Source of the DNA: Tannerellaceae bacterium
GTDB lineage: Bacteria > Bacteroidota > Bacteroidia > Bacteroidales > Tannerellaceae
DNA length: 59,189 bases
Reading direction: 5' to 3'
Assembly (NCBI GenBank): GCA_031266215.1
Contig: JAISBL010000082.1
Coordinates: 1-59,189, forward strand
In this document: positions 39,501 through 49,268 of the stretch, in pieces
Position numbering within the stretch: the stretch's first letter is position 1
Layout: each line of letters opens with the position of its first letter
Position numbers and translations under genes: made by a program
Notes under the pieces: generated by a model
The model's input: the letters and a program-made list of their open reading frames with translations, nothing else
What the model was told of the DNA's origin: nothing
Databases searched by the model: none

Positions 39501-39632
39501 AGCCTTGTTGGTGAACGTCACGGCCAGTACATGCCGGTAGGAGCGATCTCCGGCGAAGATCAGTTTAATATATTCTCCGGTAAGCCTGTAAGTCTTACCC
39601 GCTCCTGCGGAAGCCCTGTATATAGTCAGCAT
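36519..39632 (-). CDS. addA: AddA/RecB-like UvrD helicase with C-terminal PD-(D/E)XK nuclease
   Basis: ASAGAGKT, TFTNKAT, IDEFQD, VGDVKQSIYRFR, TIHKSKGL; C-terminal RPDRV..VVDYK. Confidence 0.85.
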   Translation of the reverse strand: MLTIYRASAGAGKTYRLTGEYIKLIFAGDRSYRHVLAVTFTNKATAEMKSRIVEELYNLATGRPSGYMDMLRCEYGLSGEQVRLKAKKTLITILHDYASFNISTIDRFFQQIMRAFSREAGLQGGYGIETDQDMALSVAIDNMLGELDRPESRELLGWLLRFAEDKVESGGEWNLRREIMSLSREIFKERYKAFSEKIHHDIADKQTLESYKNELYSIISTTEAELRELGKRGMEIMSRYALQPSDFRGGSRSTMFYFDKLARGDIKEPSAAFVAMEDNPDAWYTKTTPPGVVQIILCAFDDGLNECINNIVERFAGMTNYYSAKEIVRNYYTLGILNDVAGQIAAYRREKNIMLLADTTELLNRIIDGSDTPFVYERTGTRINNYMIDEFQDTSDMQWHNFRPLVSESLSHGNYNLIVGDVKQSIYRFRNSNWKLLDDRVKEDFLPAQVKEESLTENWRSFRRIVDFNNALFNVAPDLLQSSFDLPGIVKAYAGCAQLVPPSFEHTGGRVGVSFLSQTDEEAGWKEEAMSRLPREVERLQDAGYPLKDIAILVRTNHEAALVADTLLACAARQGAYRYDIISDDALFVSRSTSVRFIVALMNRLKDPGSTTNRQLAALSFCMASGGGAWSPDLPQDVEPALDALSRGAVYEMVEGILRLFPDCFPDSEQVFVQAFMDMALEFSQEENAGLDRFLEWWNEQGSRKTIATPEDQDAIRIMTIHKSKGLGFKAVIIPFCQWGIDHKPTQQVTLWCHPETPPFNRLYLLPLRYGQALERTIFAKEYREERLDASIDNINTLYVAFTRAKEELTVFAPRPTKVNAKTGEAEKISSVADLLWASVNAAFPSFDTKSGTLVIGDSHPPRPGTPGAEKTEEIAIGRIFSTSPDRRMGLRLDGRRYFSDNPQRRHGTLMHEVLCSIHTRHDIGRSLDGFLLQGIIDREEAATLAATLNELLDAPGVRSWYDGSARIMNEVEILFDNGQSRRPDRVMIYPGDRVVVVDYKFGKPSRHHDTQLEGYISLIRRMGYDSVEGHLWYIPS

Positions 39633-39641
39633 ATTCTTCGT

Positions 39642-39986
39642 TCAGATTATACGGCTTTTTGAATATCCGTCTTTCAGGAGAAGATCGAGGGCCTTGTTGC
39701 GCACATCGCCCTGCAGGATAATCTCTCCGTCCTTCGCCGAGCCGCCAACTCCGCACTTAACCCTGAGCCACTTGCCGAGCGTTTCCACATCGGCCGCCGT
39801 TCCCCTGAACCCGGTGACCAGCGTGGCGGTTTTCCCTCCGCGCGAACGTTTGTCAAGCGATATACGCAACAGTTGTCCGCCTTTGGGGAGCGTCTCTTCT
39901 TCTGTTATTTCTCCGGTGTTGTAATTGTAATCAGGATTGGTAGAATACAGAACCCCTGAACGTTCTTTCCATTCATTCTTTTTCAT
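39642..39986 (-). CDS. SUI1/YciH translation initiation factor
   Basis: RGGKTAT, KCGVGGSAKDGEIILQGD. Confidence 0.92.
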   Translation of the reverse strand: MKKNEWKERSGVLYSTNPDYNYNTGEITEEETLPKGGQLLRISLDKRSRGGKTATLVTGFRGTAADVETLGKWLRVKCGVGGSAKDGEIILQGDVRNKALDLLLKDGYSKSRII

Positions 39987-40096
39987 GCCGTAAAATTATA
40001 ATAAAAACACTCCGGCACAAACAGAGGCTGGTATATCGAAACTCAGGTACGGATTGGTAAAGGTAAGGACAGAAAGAGGGGGCGCTTATACGTATA

Positions 40097-41626
40097 TTAA
40101 TGGAGGGGTGACTGCTGCATGCAGATTATGAGTTCTTCTATGATCCGGCGGTCGTTACTCAGGCGGGGGATCTTGTGCTGGCCTCCGAGTTTTCCTTTTA
40201 TCCTGAGCCAGTCGCAGAAAAGTCCTTCGCGCGCTACAGTGATCTTTAAGGGCAGGAGGGTTATGTCTTTGTAACGTTTGGCTTCGTAGTCGGAGTTGAG
40301 TTCCTTGAGGTGTTTGTCCAGTATAGAGGCAAATCCGGTGACGGACGGGGGAGGTTTCTCAAATTCGATAAGCCATTGGTGCAGGCCCTTGGCGTTGTTA
40401 AGCATGAACAGGGGAGCGGCGGTGTATTCCTTTACTTTGGCGCCTGTTTCGCGACAGGTAAGGCTGATGGCTTTGTCGGCGTTGTCTACTATCAGTTCTT
40501 CTCCGAAGGCGTTGATGTAGTGTTTTATGCGTCCTGATATGACAAACTTGTGCGGGAATACGGAGGTAAAGCGTATGGTGTCGCCTATCACGTACCTCCA
40601 GAGGCCTCCGCAGGTGGTGATTGCCAGGGCGTAGTTGCGGCTTGGCTCCACGGCTTCCCAGGGAATGGCAGCCGGACCGGCGTCGGGCCGGTGCAGATCG
40701 CTGACAGGTATAAATTCGTAGAATATGCCATAGTCGGGCATCAGTAGCATGGCCGTGTCTGATGGGTCGTCCTGTATGCCGAAGAATCCTTCGGAGGCGT
40801 TGTATATCTCCATATAGCGCATGCTGTCTGACGGTATCAGGCTCTTATACTGGTCGCGATATGGCTCGAAACTGATTCCGCCGTGAAAGAAGACTTCCAG
40901 ATTGGGCCATACGTCGGTGAGGTGGCTGCGGCCGGTTTTCTCCAGTACGGCTTTTATGATCACCAGCATCCACGAGGGTACGCCCGACAGGCTGCCGATG
41001 TCTCTGTTTGAGACGTTTTCTACTATGAGGCGTATCTTTTCTTCCCATTCGTCCATCAGTACGATATGCTTTCCGGGCACGCGCATGAGGTTGACCAGCG
41101 GGTTGATGTGCTGTATAAGTATACCCGACAGGTCGCCGCAGTGCGCCCTCCGGTTCAGTGGCGAAGGGCTGTGGCATCCTCCCAGGATGAGTCCCTTGTG
41201 GGAAAAGAAAGCGCTGTCCGGATGGTTGCGCAGGTAAATGGCTACACTGTCGAAACCGCCTTTGTAATGCGACCTGCGTATCTCCGGCGTAAAGGGTATG
41301 AACTTGCTCTTGTCGTTCGTCGTGCCGCTGCTTTTGGCATACCACCTGACGTCTCCGGGCCAGAGTACGTCTCTTTTCCCGTTGATCATACGTATGACGC
41401 TGGGCTTGATGTCGTCGTAGGTTTGCAGAGGCAGTCGCTGCGAAAAGTCTTCGTAGGTGCGTATGCTTCTGAAGTCGAATTTACGTCCCCATTCCGTATT
41501 ACCTGCCTTATGTAAAAGAGATTTTAACTGTTTGTGCTGTATGTAGCCCGTATGCCGGGCAAACTGTTCTATTTCCCGCTGACGGGGGAGTAATAGCTGT
41601 GATATAGTCTTTGTCAGTATGTCCAT
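40097..41626 (-). CDS. GH3 (auxin-responsive promoter family) acyl-adenylate ligase-like protein
   Basis: AKSSGTT..KFIP, YNASEG, WRYVIGD, GGQHKIPRL; -7 box at 41646-41653. Confidence 0.88.
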   Translation of the reverse strand: MDILTKTISQLLLPRQREIEQFARHTGYIQHKQLKSLLHKAGNTEWGRKFDFRSIRTYEDFSQRLPLQTYDDIKPSVIRMINGKRDVLWPGDVRWYAKSSGTTNDKSKFIPFTPEIRRSHYKGGFDSVAIYLRNHPDSAFFSHKGLILGGCHSPSPLNRRAHCGDLSGILIQHINPLVNLMRVPGKHIVLMDEWEEKIRLIVENVSNRDIGSLSGVPSWMLVIIKAVLEKTGRSHLTDVWPNLEVFFHGGISFEPYRDQYKSLIPSDSMRYMEIYNASEGFFGIQDDPSDTAMLLMPDYGIFYEFIPVSDLHRPDAGPAAIPWEAVEPSRNYALAITTCGGLWRYVIGDTIRFTSVFPHKFVISGRIKHYINAFGEELIVDNADKAISLTCRETGAKVKEYTAAPLFMLNNAKGLHQWLIEFEKPPPSVTGFASILDKHLKELNSDYEAKRYKDITLLPLKITVAREGLFCDWLRIKGKLGGQHKIPRLSNDRRIIEELIICMQQSPLH

Positions 41627-41701
41627 ACTTTCATTTAATCGCCTGCAAACATAGACATTCTACACTTTATTTCCATACCTTTGCCTATAATCTTTTTTGG
41701 T

Positions 41702-42715
41702 ATGAGGATAGGTATTCTTTCTTCCGGAGGCGATTGCCCCGGCATCAATGCAACAATTCGGGGGATAGGTAAAACGGCCATAATGCACTACAATATGGAC
41801 GTTATAGGTATACACAACGGCTTTTCGGGTATTTTGCAAAAAGACATCCGGGAGCTTGACGAGCGCAGCCTGTCGGGAATACTTAACCTGGGAGGGACCA
41901 TACTTGGAACTTCACGCGAGAAGGCGTTCCGCAAGCTGATAATACCCGACGACAGCCATTCGTCGGTTATCAAGCAAAGGTGCGCCGAACTGGCTCTGGA
42001 TTGCATAGTTTGTATAGGCGGGAACGGTACGCAAAAGACATCGGGCCTGCTGTCGGGCATCGGACTGAACGTTATCGGCATACCCAAGACCATCGACAAT
42101 GACGTATGGGGCACTGATATTACGTTCGGCTTTGACACGGCGGTCAACATTGCCACCGAAGCCATCGACAGGCTTCACTCTACCGCAAACGCCCATAAGC
42201 GCGTAATGGTGGTGGAGGTCATGGGCCATCATGCCGGCTGGATTGCTCTGTACGCAGGTATGGCCGGAGGGGCTGACGTCATCCTGCTGCCCGAACTGGG
42301 CTTCGATATTAATAAGGTGAACGATGCCGTAATGGATCGGGCGCACAAGGGAAAACCTTATTCCATCGTGGTAGTGGCCGAAGGCTTGCGAACCGCCGGC
42401 GGGGAAACACGCCCCACCGGCTATATCGCCGGGAAGATAGAGAAGGAGACCGGGATAGAAACACGCGAAACCGTACTGGGGTACATCCAGCGGGGCGGTA
42501 ACCCTTCACCCTTCGACCGTAACCTGGCTACCCGGCTGGGCGGGCATGCTTCGGAGCTTATCGCCCGTAAGGAGTTCGGACGTATGGTATGCATGAACGG
42601 GAACGAGGTGGGTTCTATCCCGCTGTCAGAGGTGGCCGGAAAGCTGAAGCTGGTTCCTCCCCGTCATGACCTCATCGTCCAGGGCGAACGTATGGGTATC
42701 TCTTTCGGGATATGA
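41702..42715 (+). CDS. pfkA: 6-phosphofructokinase (probably ATP-dependent)
   Basis: GGDCPG, GGNGT, PKTIDND, MGHHAG; -7 box TACCTTTG at 41676-41683. Confidence 0.92.
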   Translation: MRIGILSSGGDCPGINATIRGIGKTAIMHYNMDVIGIHNGFSGILQKDIRELDERSLSGILNLGGTILGTSREKAFRKLIIPDDSHSSVIKQRCAELALDCIVCIGGNGTQKTSGLLSGIGLNVIGIPKTIDNDVWGTDITFGFDTAVNIATEAIDRLHSTANAHKRVMVVEVMGHHAGWIALYAGMAGGADVILLPELGFDINKVNDAVMDRAHKGKPYSIVVVAEGLRTAGGETRPTGYIAGKIEKETGIETRETVLGYIQRGGNPSPFDRNLATRLGGHASELIARKEFGRMVCMNGNEVGSIPLSEVAGKLKLVPPRHDLIVQGERMGISFGI

Positions 42716-42787
42716 CCGTATGGGAGGGTACGGTATAAATGCGTACTTTAGCGCGTATTAATCAGATAAAACTAAATAAGAGTAATT

Positions 42788-43843
42788 ATGGATGCTATTT
42801 TGTACTTGTTGATAGGAGCCTATACGGCCGGTTTAAGTGAAGGTGTTTATTTATACAAGTTTGACGCTGCCAACGGCGACGCCCGGTACGTTCACATGGC
42901 GGCCGTGGAAAATCCCTCCTACATAGACACAGGAGACGGAGAACATATATATGCTGTGACTGAAAATGCAGACGCCCCGTCTTATGCCAACACTCTGCTT
43001 TTTGACAGGGAACATGAACGGCTGACTCTCGTCAACCGCCAGGAGACATTCGCTTCTTCTCCCTGCTATATTGTGACCGACAAGGATCGCAAATACGCTG
43101 TGACGGCCAACTACGGCGGAGGCAGCATCTCGGTATTTCCCATAAACCAGGACACGCTCATGCCATCCTGTCAACTGATCATACTCGAAGGATCGGGGGC
43201 CGATACTACACGTCAGCAGGCGCCTCACCTGCACTGCGTAAAGTTTTCCCCGGACGGGAAATACCTGTTTGCCACCGACCTGGGAACCGACAACATCTAC
43301 CGCTTCGATACCGATTATGCGGCAGGCGGAGAGGGTGGAGCTTTCCTGAAGGAAGAAACCATGAAATCGTTCAGACTTCCTGCCGGATCGGGCCCGCGCC
43401 ACATGACGTTCCATCCTTCCGATAAATATATGTATGTGATCAATGAACTATCAGGCGCGGTAGAATGTTTCCTTTACAATGACGGCGACCTGACGTCGTT
43501 CCAGACCATACAGGCCGACACCGCCGGCGGCCGGGCAAGCGCCGATATAGGTATCACCCCGAACGGTAAGTTCCTGTACGCCTCCAACCGCAATAAAAAC
43601 GACGGCATAGCCATCTTCTCTATCAATGAAGCGGACGGCACGCTGGTAAAGGCAGGCTATCAGCTTACGGGCAAACATCCCCGTAACTTCGTCATCACAC
43701 CCAACGGGAAATACCTGCTTGCGGCCAGTATGGACAGCAGCCTGATCGAGGTGTTTGAGATAGACGAAGTTACCGGTATGCTGCGTAACGCAGGAAAAGA
43801 TATAACGGACGTAGACACGCCTGTTTTCCTGAAGTTCCTCTGA
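42788..43843 (+). CDS. Lactonase, 7-bladed propeller (6-phosphogluconolactonase-like)
   Basis: ANYGGGS, PHLH, DLGTD, GSGPRH, ASNR, HPRNF. Confidence 0.88.
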   Translation: MDAILYLLIGAYTAGLSEGVYLYKFDAANGDARYVHMAAVENPSYIDTGDGEHIYAVTENADAPSYANTLLFDREHERLTLVNRQETFASSPCYIVTDKDRKYAVTANYGGGSISVFPINQDTLMPSCQLIILEGSGADTTRQQAPHLHCVKFSPDGKYLFATDLGTDNIYRFDTDYAAGGEGGAFLKEETMKSFRLPAGSGPRHMTFHPSDKYMYVINELSGAVECFLYNDGDLTSFQTIQADTAGGRASADIGITPNGKFLYASNRNKNDGIAIFSINEADGTLVKAGYQLTGKHPRNFVITPNGKYLLAASMDSSLIEVFEIDEVTGMLRNAGKDITDVDTPVFLKFL

Positions 43844-43845
43844 AC

Positions 43846-45120
43846 CTATTTCTTACATTGTTCTTTCAGCCACTGGGATGTTGCCGCCTGTTGTTCAGGA
43901 TATATCCAGTGCCCCGAATCGGTATACAGCGTCAATTCCTTTGGCGCTGTGATTGTGTTATATGCCGCATACATGGACGTGGGAGGGCAGGTGACGTCAT
44001 TAAGTCCCCAACTGTATAATCCGGGAGCTTCTACCCGGCGGGCAAAGTTTGCAACGTCGTAGTACGAAAGCGTCTCCACCTCGCCCGATTCGGGCTTGGC
44101 ATACCTGAAGTAGTGAGGCCATCCGCCGGCGCGGTTTTTCAGGAATCCCCCAAGGTCGCACATGGCAGGGTGAATGGGTGCAAGGAACCTGATACGCTTG
44201 TCGAGGGCGGCCGTTGCGATAGACAAGGCTCCACCCTGGCTGCTGCCCGACACTCCAACCGTTTTGCCGTCAAACTCCGGCAGTGAGAAAATATAATCCA
44301 CCGCACGTACGCATCCCAGGTATACCCGTTTGTAATAAAACTGGTCTTTGTTATTCCTGCTGCTCTCCCAGTAACCGTTAAGCGCGCCGCCATAGAGCGT
44401 GAAGTAGACAGACTGGGCCATTGTGACGGATATGCCGTGGACGCCTATCTCAAGAGAAATGACGTCGTCGCCGTAATTCATTCCGTTGTAAGGACGCACG
44501 CCGGCTCCGGGCACCTGCAGTATGGCGGGATATTTGCCGGGCTTCTTCGGCACCATCAGTATCCCGTAAACGCGGGAAAAGCCGGTGTTGCGGAAGCTGA
44601 CTTCATACGCATCCTGGGTGGCTGTAGACTTTTCGGGCAGCAGGACTTTTGTGGCGTCCAGCGGCATCCTCCGGGCTGTTTCGATGGCATTGGCCCAGAA
44701 GGTATCAAAGTCCTTCGGTTCGTCCGACACGGGAAGTATCTTCTCGTTATCATACAGCGCAGCCGCCATGCCTTCGTAGTTCCTGCCGCCGACCCTGGCC
44801 ACTACCCGGCAGCGGAGAAGTCCCGGCTCTTTCAGCGTTCCTTTAAGCGTGATCTTTCCATCCTTCAGCACCTTGTCCTTTTGTTCCACCGTGGGGAAGA
44901 ACTCCTTACCCAGCTCATAATCTACGGTCACATCTTTCATAAGATTCCCAAACTGATACACCTGGACGGTGAAGGTCGCCTCTTCGCCCGTTTTGTACTT
45001 CCAGTCCTGATGGTCGGGAGACACAATAACGTTAACCAGTCTCTGCGCGGGCTGCGCCTGCGCATACTGCACTGCTCCCGCAATTCCCAGGAGGCAGAAT
45101 AATAGCAGATACTTTTTCAT
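43846..45120 (-). CDS. Acetylxylan esterase / cephalosporin-C deacetylase (CE7-like)
   Basis: Signal peptide, PKDFDTFW, GSSQGG nucleophile, DVTCPP, terminal GH. Confidence 0.88.
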   Translation of the reverse strand: MKKYLLLFCLLGIAGAVQYAQAQPAQRLVNVIVSPDHQDWKYKTGEEATFTVQVYQFGNLMKDVTVDYELGKEFFPTVEQKDKVLKDGKITLKGTLKEPGLLRCRVVARVGGRNYEGMAAALYDNEKILPVSDEPKDFDTFWANAIETARRMPLDATKVLLPEKSTATQDAYEVSFRNTGFSRVYGILMVPKKPGKYPAILQVPGAGVRPYNGMNYGDDVISLEIGVHGISVTMAQSVYFTLYGGALNGYWESSRNNKDQFYYKRVYLGCVRAVDYIFSLPEFDGKTVGVSGSSQGGALSIATAALDKRIRFLAPIHPAMCDLGGFLKNRAGGWPHYFRYAKPESGEVETLSYYDVANFARRVEAPGLYSWGLNDVTCPPTSMYAAYNTITAPKELTLYTDSGHWIYPEQQAATSQWLKEQCKK

Positions 45121-45343
45121 AAATAGTAGTTTAAAATTTCCCGTAAATGTAGTCATTTAACATGAGTTGGACACAAGGCGGCTCCACGTGGGGCGACAGT
45201 CCGGTTCCAGAGCCGCCTGCCGATAACAGTAACAGGGAAAAACAGCAGGGTTAACCAAAACATCTCCCCTTCCTTTTATCGTTTATTTAATATATCTTTG
45301 GCGCACCAAATAATCAGCAACTAAACACCATGTAACGTACGAT

Positions 45344-47689
45344 ATGAGAAACCCGTTTATTGTCTGCGCCCTATGCGCGCTTGTTGTTTTATCATCCTGC
45401 CATTGCGGAACGGCGGAGGAAAAAGTCTACAATCAGGGAATCAACATCATTCCCGCTCCCCTTAGCCTTGTAAATAATGAAGGAGTGTTTACGGTGAACA
45501 AAAACACAACCTTCTACGCTTCTTCGCCCGAAGGGCGGACGGTTGCCGAGTTCTTTGCAGCCAGACTGAATCTCTCTACCGGTTACCGGCTGGGTGTTTC
45601 GGGCAAAGGGGCTGACGCCGGGAATACGATAGCTCTTATTACAGACCCTTCTGCAGACGTCGGCGACGAGGGCTATACGCTTGACGTCGCCCCACATAAT
45701 GTGGCGGTGAGGGCCAGGACGGCACAGGGGCTGTTCTATGGCATGCAGACGTTCATGCAACTGCTCCCCGCCGAGGTTGAAAGTCCGACTCCAGTGAAAG
45801 GCGTCCGGTGGACGGCGCCGGCTGTAGCCGTAAGGGATGAGCCGCGGTTTGCCTACCGGGGGGTGATGCTCGACGCCAGCCGGCATTTCATCCCTGTGGA
45901 TAATATAAAGAAGCAGTTGGACGTCTTCGCCCTGTTCAAGATCAACCGCATGCACTGGCACCTTACCGATGACCAGGGCTGGCGTATCGAGATCAGGCAA
46001 TACCCGCGGCTAACAGAGGCAGGCTCCAAAAGTCCGAACAGCGAAGGCTTTTACACCCAGGAGGAGGTGAGGGAGATAGTGGCCTACGCCGCCGAGCGCT
46101 TCATCACCGTTATACCCGAAATAGAACTGCCGGGGCACGAACTGGCCGCCATCTCGGCCTACCCCGAACTCTCGTGCAAGGGCGAGCCCGTTTCTATACG
46201 CTCAGTCTGGGGAGTTGAAGACGTCGTTCTTTGTGCAGGTAAGGAAAGCGTCTTTGAGTTCCTCGAAAACGTGATAGGGGAGGTGACCGCCCTTTTCCCC
46301 TCGGAATACTTCCACATAGGAGGCGACGAATGCCCAAAGACCAGTTGGAAAGAATGCCCGCTCTGCCGTGAGCGCATCCGCAGTGAGGGAATAGCGGCCG
46401 ACGCCCACCATAGCGCCGAAGAGCGCCTCCAGAGCTACTTTGTACAGCGTATAGAGAAGATACTCGCACGGTACGGCAGGAAGATGACAGGCTGGGACGA
46501 GATACTCGAAGGCGGACTTGCTCCCACGGCTACCGTCATGTCGTGGCGGGGCGAACAGGGTGGTATAGCAGCGGCAAACATGGATCACGACGTCATAATG
46601 ACGCCTGGCTCCGGCGGGATGTACATCGACGCCTATCAGGGGGATGCCAGGATTGAGCCTGTGACTATCGGAGGGTATACACCTCTGGAGAAAACATACG
46701 CCTACAATCCCATCCCCGACACGCTGGCGGCTACCGGGAAGGGCGGCTTCATCCGTGGCGTGCAGGCCAACCTGTGGTCTGAATACATGTACACCACGGA
46801 CCTGATGGAATACCGCGCTTATCCGCGCGTACTGGCCCTGTCCGAAATAGCATGGTCGGCGCTCGACAGGAAAGACTACAAGGACTTTGAACGCCGGGTA
46901 GACAACGCCCTGGTGCGGCTTGACGGACATTCGGTGAACTACCACATCCCCCAGCCCGAACAGCCCGGCGGCTCGTGCAACTTCGTAGCCTTTACAGATA
47001 AAGCGACGCTGGAGTTTAAGACCACACGCCCCGTCACGATGGTATATACTACCGACGGATCGGAGCCTTCGCCGGGGTCGGCCGTTTACAGTTCGCCGAT
47101 AGAATACACACGGTCGGGCACGCTGAAGATACGCTCCGTACTGCCTTCGGGCAGGATGAGCGTGACGCGCGTGATAACGGTTGAAAAGCAGGAACCTTCG
47201 CCAGCCGCCCGTCCTTCCCCAGAGGGTTTGACCCCCGGCCTGCAACTGAAGGTGGCTTACGGCGAATACAGGGACGTGGCTTCGCTTAAGGCCGCGGGCG
47301 AATGGAAAGACGTTGCGCCCCTGGCCGACCTGCGCGGAATAACGAGGGTAGAACCCGCTAACGATGCAATGCGCGACGTGAAGCAGTACGCCGCCGTTGC
47401 CTCCGGATACGTAGACATCCCGGAAGACGGAGTGTATTACTTCTCGAGCGATAACGAAGAGGTATGGATTGACGGCCGTTTGCTGATTGATAACGGCGGC
47501 GAGGTGAAACGCTTCTCCCGCCACGACAGGTCGGTAGCGCTTGACAGGGGTCTGCACGAACTGAAAGTGGTCTTCCTTGGGCATATCATCGGCGGGTGGC
47601 CTTCGAACTGGAACAACGGGAGCGTACAGGTCCGCAGGTCCGACGCCGACAGGTTCGCCCGCCTCACACCCGGAATGCTATTTCACTAA
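45344..47689 (+). CDS. GH20 beta-N-acetylhexosaminidase lipoprotein with C-terminal accessory (PA14-like) domains
   Basis: DEPRFAYRGVMLD.SRH, HWHLTDDQGWR, HIGGDE; -7 box at 45293-45300. Confidence 0.93.
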   Translation: MRNPFIVCALCALVVLSSCHCGTAEEKVYNQGINIIPAPLSLVNNEGVFTVNKNTTFYASSPEGRTVAEFFAARLNLSTGYRLGVSGKGADAGNTIALITDPSADVGDEGYTLDVAPHNVAVRARTAQGLFYGMQTFMQLLPAEVESPTPVKGVRWTAPAVAVRDEPRFAYRGVMLDASRHFIPVDNIKKQLDVFALFKINRMHWHLTDDQGWRIEIRQYPRLTEAGSKSPNSEGFYTQEEVREIVAYAAERFITVIPEIELPGHELAAISAYPELSCKGEPVSIRSVWGVEDVVLCAGKESVFEFLENVIGEVTALFPSEYFHIGGDECPKTSWKECPLCRERIRSEGIAADAHHSAEERLQSYFVQRIEKILARYGRKMTGWDEILEGGLAPTATVMSWRGEQGGIAAANMDHDVIMTPGSGGMYIDAYQGDARIEPVTIGGYTPLEKTYAYNPIPDTLAATGKGGFIRGVQANLWSEYMYTTDLMEYRAYPRVLALSEIAWSALDRKDYKDFERRVDNALVRLDGHSVNYHIPQPEQPGGSCNFVAFTDKATLEFKTTRPVTMVYTTDGSEPSPGSAVYSSPIEYTRSGTLKIRSVLPSGRMSVTRVITVEKQEPSPAARPSPEGLTPGLQLKVAYGEYRDVASLKAAGEWKDVAPLADLRGITRVEPANDAMRDVKQYAAVASGYVDIPEDGVYYFSSDNEEVWIDGRLLIDNGGEVKRFSRHDRSVALDRGLHELKVVFLGHIIGGWPSNWNNGSVQVRRSDADRFARLTPGMLFH

Positions 47690-47765
47690 ACCTCCTTTAT
47701 AAACACTATCACGCCCCCTCTTTTCAAACCGTGAGAGGGGGAACAAACCACACTGACTGTATCGT

Positions 47766-48641
47766 ATGAAACATATTCCGCAATATAACCATTACAGGAA
47801 AAAAACCGTAGATGAACTCAGGGTCAACGTCGTAGAACTCCATTATATAAAACCGTACCTCTCTACCACATCAATACATTCGCTGACCTATTACGATATC
47901 TCTTTCATAACCGAAGGTTCCGGCTTTTTTACCGTAGGCGACCAGACCCACATCGTAAAGCCGTATGACGTTATCTTCACCAAACCGGGTGAAGCGCGTA
48001 ACTGGGACAAAAAGAACATAAGGGATGGCTTTGCCCTGATCTTTGAAGAAGAGTTCATCATGTCCTTCTTCAACGACCGCGACTTCCTTCAGAACCTCTC
48101 CTTTTTTTCTATGGGCAGGTACTCGGTGAAAACAACGCTTGACGTTGATGCGTTCATCCGTCTGCATAATGTGATAATGAAACTGAAAGACGAGATAGCC
48201 GAAGCAAAAGACCGGCACACCGTCAGAGCCCTGCTGTATGAAGTCATGACGCAGCTCAACCGGGCTTACCTCTACGAACACAACGTCCTGCCCGTGTTGC
48301 CGGAGGAAAACAAGAAGGTAAAGAATAAGTACGTTAATGACTTCCTCAGCCTCGTAAATACGCATTATGCGCAGCAACACTCCATAAGGTATTACGCCGA
48401 CAGGTTATCGATAACACCCAATTACCTGAATGAGGTGATAAAGAAATCTATCGGCGTGAATGCCAAACTTTACATCCAGAACCGGATACTGCAGGAAGCA
48501 AAGCGTATGCTGACCTACACCGATATGCCGGTATCGGCCATAGCGGAAGCCCTGTGCTTTGAGAACTCTTCTTATTTCACAGTCTTCTTCCGCACCCAGA
48601 CCCGGCATACTCCCCTGCAATACAGAAATCTTTCCAAATGA
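47766..48641 (+). CDS. AraC-family transcriptional regulator
   Basis: C-terminal YYADRLSITPNYL ... IAEALCFENSSYF..FF. Confidence 0.92.
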   Translation: MKHIPQYNHYRKKTVDELRVNVVELHYIKPYLSTTSIHSLTYYDISFITEGSGFFTVGDQTHIVKPYDVIFTKPGEARNWDKKNIRDGFALIFEEEFIMSFFNDRDFLQNLSFFSMGRYSVKTTLDVDAFIRLHNVIMKLKDEIAEAKDRHTVRALLYEVMTQLNRAYLYEHNVLPVLPEENKKVKNKYVNDFLSLVNTHYAQQHSIRYYADRLSITPNYLNEVIKKSIGVNAKLYIQNRILQEAKRMLTYTDMPVSAIAEALCFENSSYFTVFFRTQTRHTPLQYRNLSK

Positions 48642-48705
48642 ACAGAACCCTCCTGTAGCAAAACACCAGGTAAATAATGGCGGAATTGTTTAATTTTGCA
48701 ACACA

Positions 48706-49254
48706 GTGGAAACAAGCGATAACATAGCAAACCTGAACGAACTGTATAAAAACTATAATGATAGATTTGTACGTCTCGCAAAAAGCTACGTCATGTCAAA
48801 GGAAATAGCCGAAGATATAGTGATGGAGAGCTTCATGTGCTACTGGGAGAACCGGCTGCAACTGGCTCCCGGATCAAACGCGCCGGCCTATATCACAACG
48901 CTGATAAAAAACAAATGCCTTAACCACCTTAACCGCCTTCATACGCAGGATGAGATAAAGAGACAGCTTACCAATCTGGAAGTCTGGGAAGCGAAACTTC
49001 AGATAGCCACCCTTGAAGCCTGTAATCCGAAGAAACTATTCTCCGATGAAGTGCACCAGATTGTAAACAGAACGCTGGAATCCCTGCCTCCAAAGACGTG
49101 CGAAGTATTCGTCCGCAGCCGCTACCTTGAGCAGAGTCACAAGGAGATTGCCGAATGCCTGGGGCTATCCACAAAAAGCATAGAGTATCATATAACCAAG
49201 ACCCTGAAAATACTGCGGATAGCGTTGAAAGACTACTTCCTCCCGACCCACTGA
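48706..49254 (+). CDS. ECF RNA polymerase sigma-70 factor
   Basis: AEDIVMESF, KNKCLNHL, SHKEIAECLGLSTKSIEYHI; TAATTTTG box at 48691-48698. Confidence 0.92.
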   Translation: METSDNIANLNELYKNYNDRFVRLAKSYVMSKEIAEDIVMESFMCYWENRLQLAPGSNAPAYITTLIKNKCLNHLNRLHTQDEIKRQLTNLEVWEAKLQIATLEACNPKKLFSDEVHQIVNRTLESLPPKTCEVFVRSRYLEQSHKEIAECLGLSTKSIEYHITKTLKILRIALKDYFLPTH

Positions 49255-49268
49255 CCCCTCTGACAATC

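Noticed and set aside
46202-47584. Long antisense ORFs (also 7154-8254, 14221-15210, 17557-18435, 51549-52349)
   Set aside because: These are shadows of well-supported genes in GC-rich DNA, with no recognisable motifs.
47714-47741. Terminator after GH20
   Set aside because: An 8-bp stem (CCCCCTCT/AGAGGGGG) exists but has no U-tract on the coding strand.
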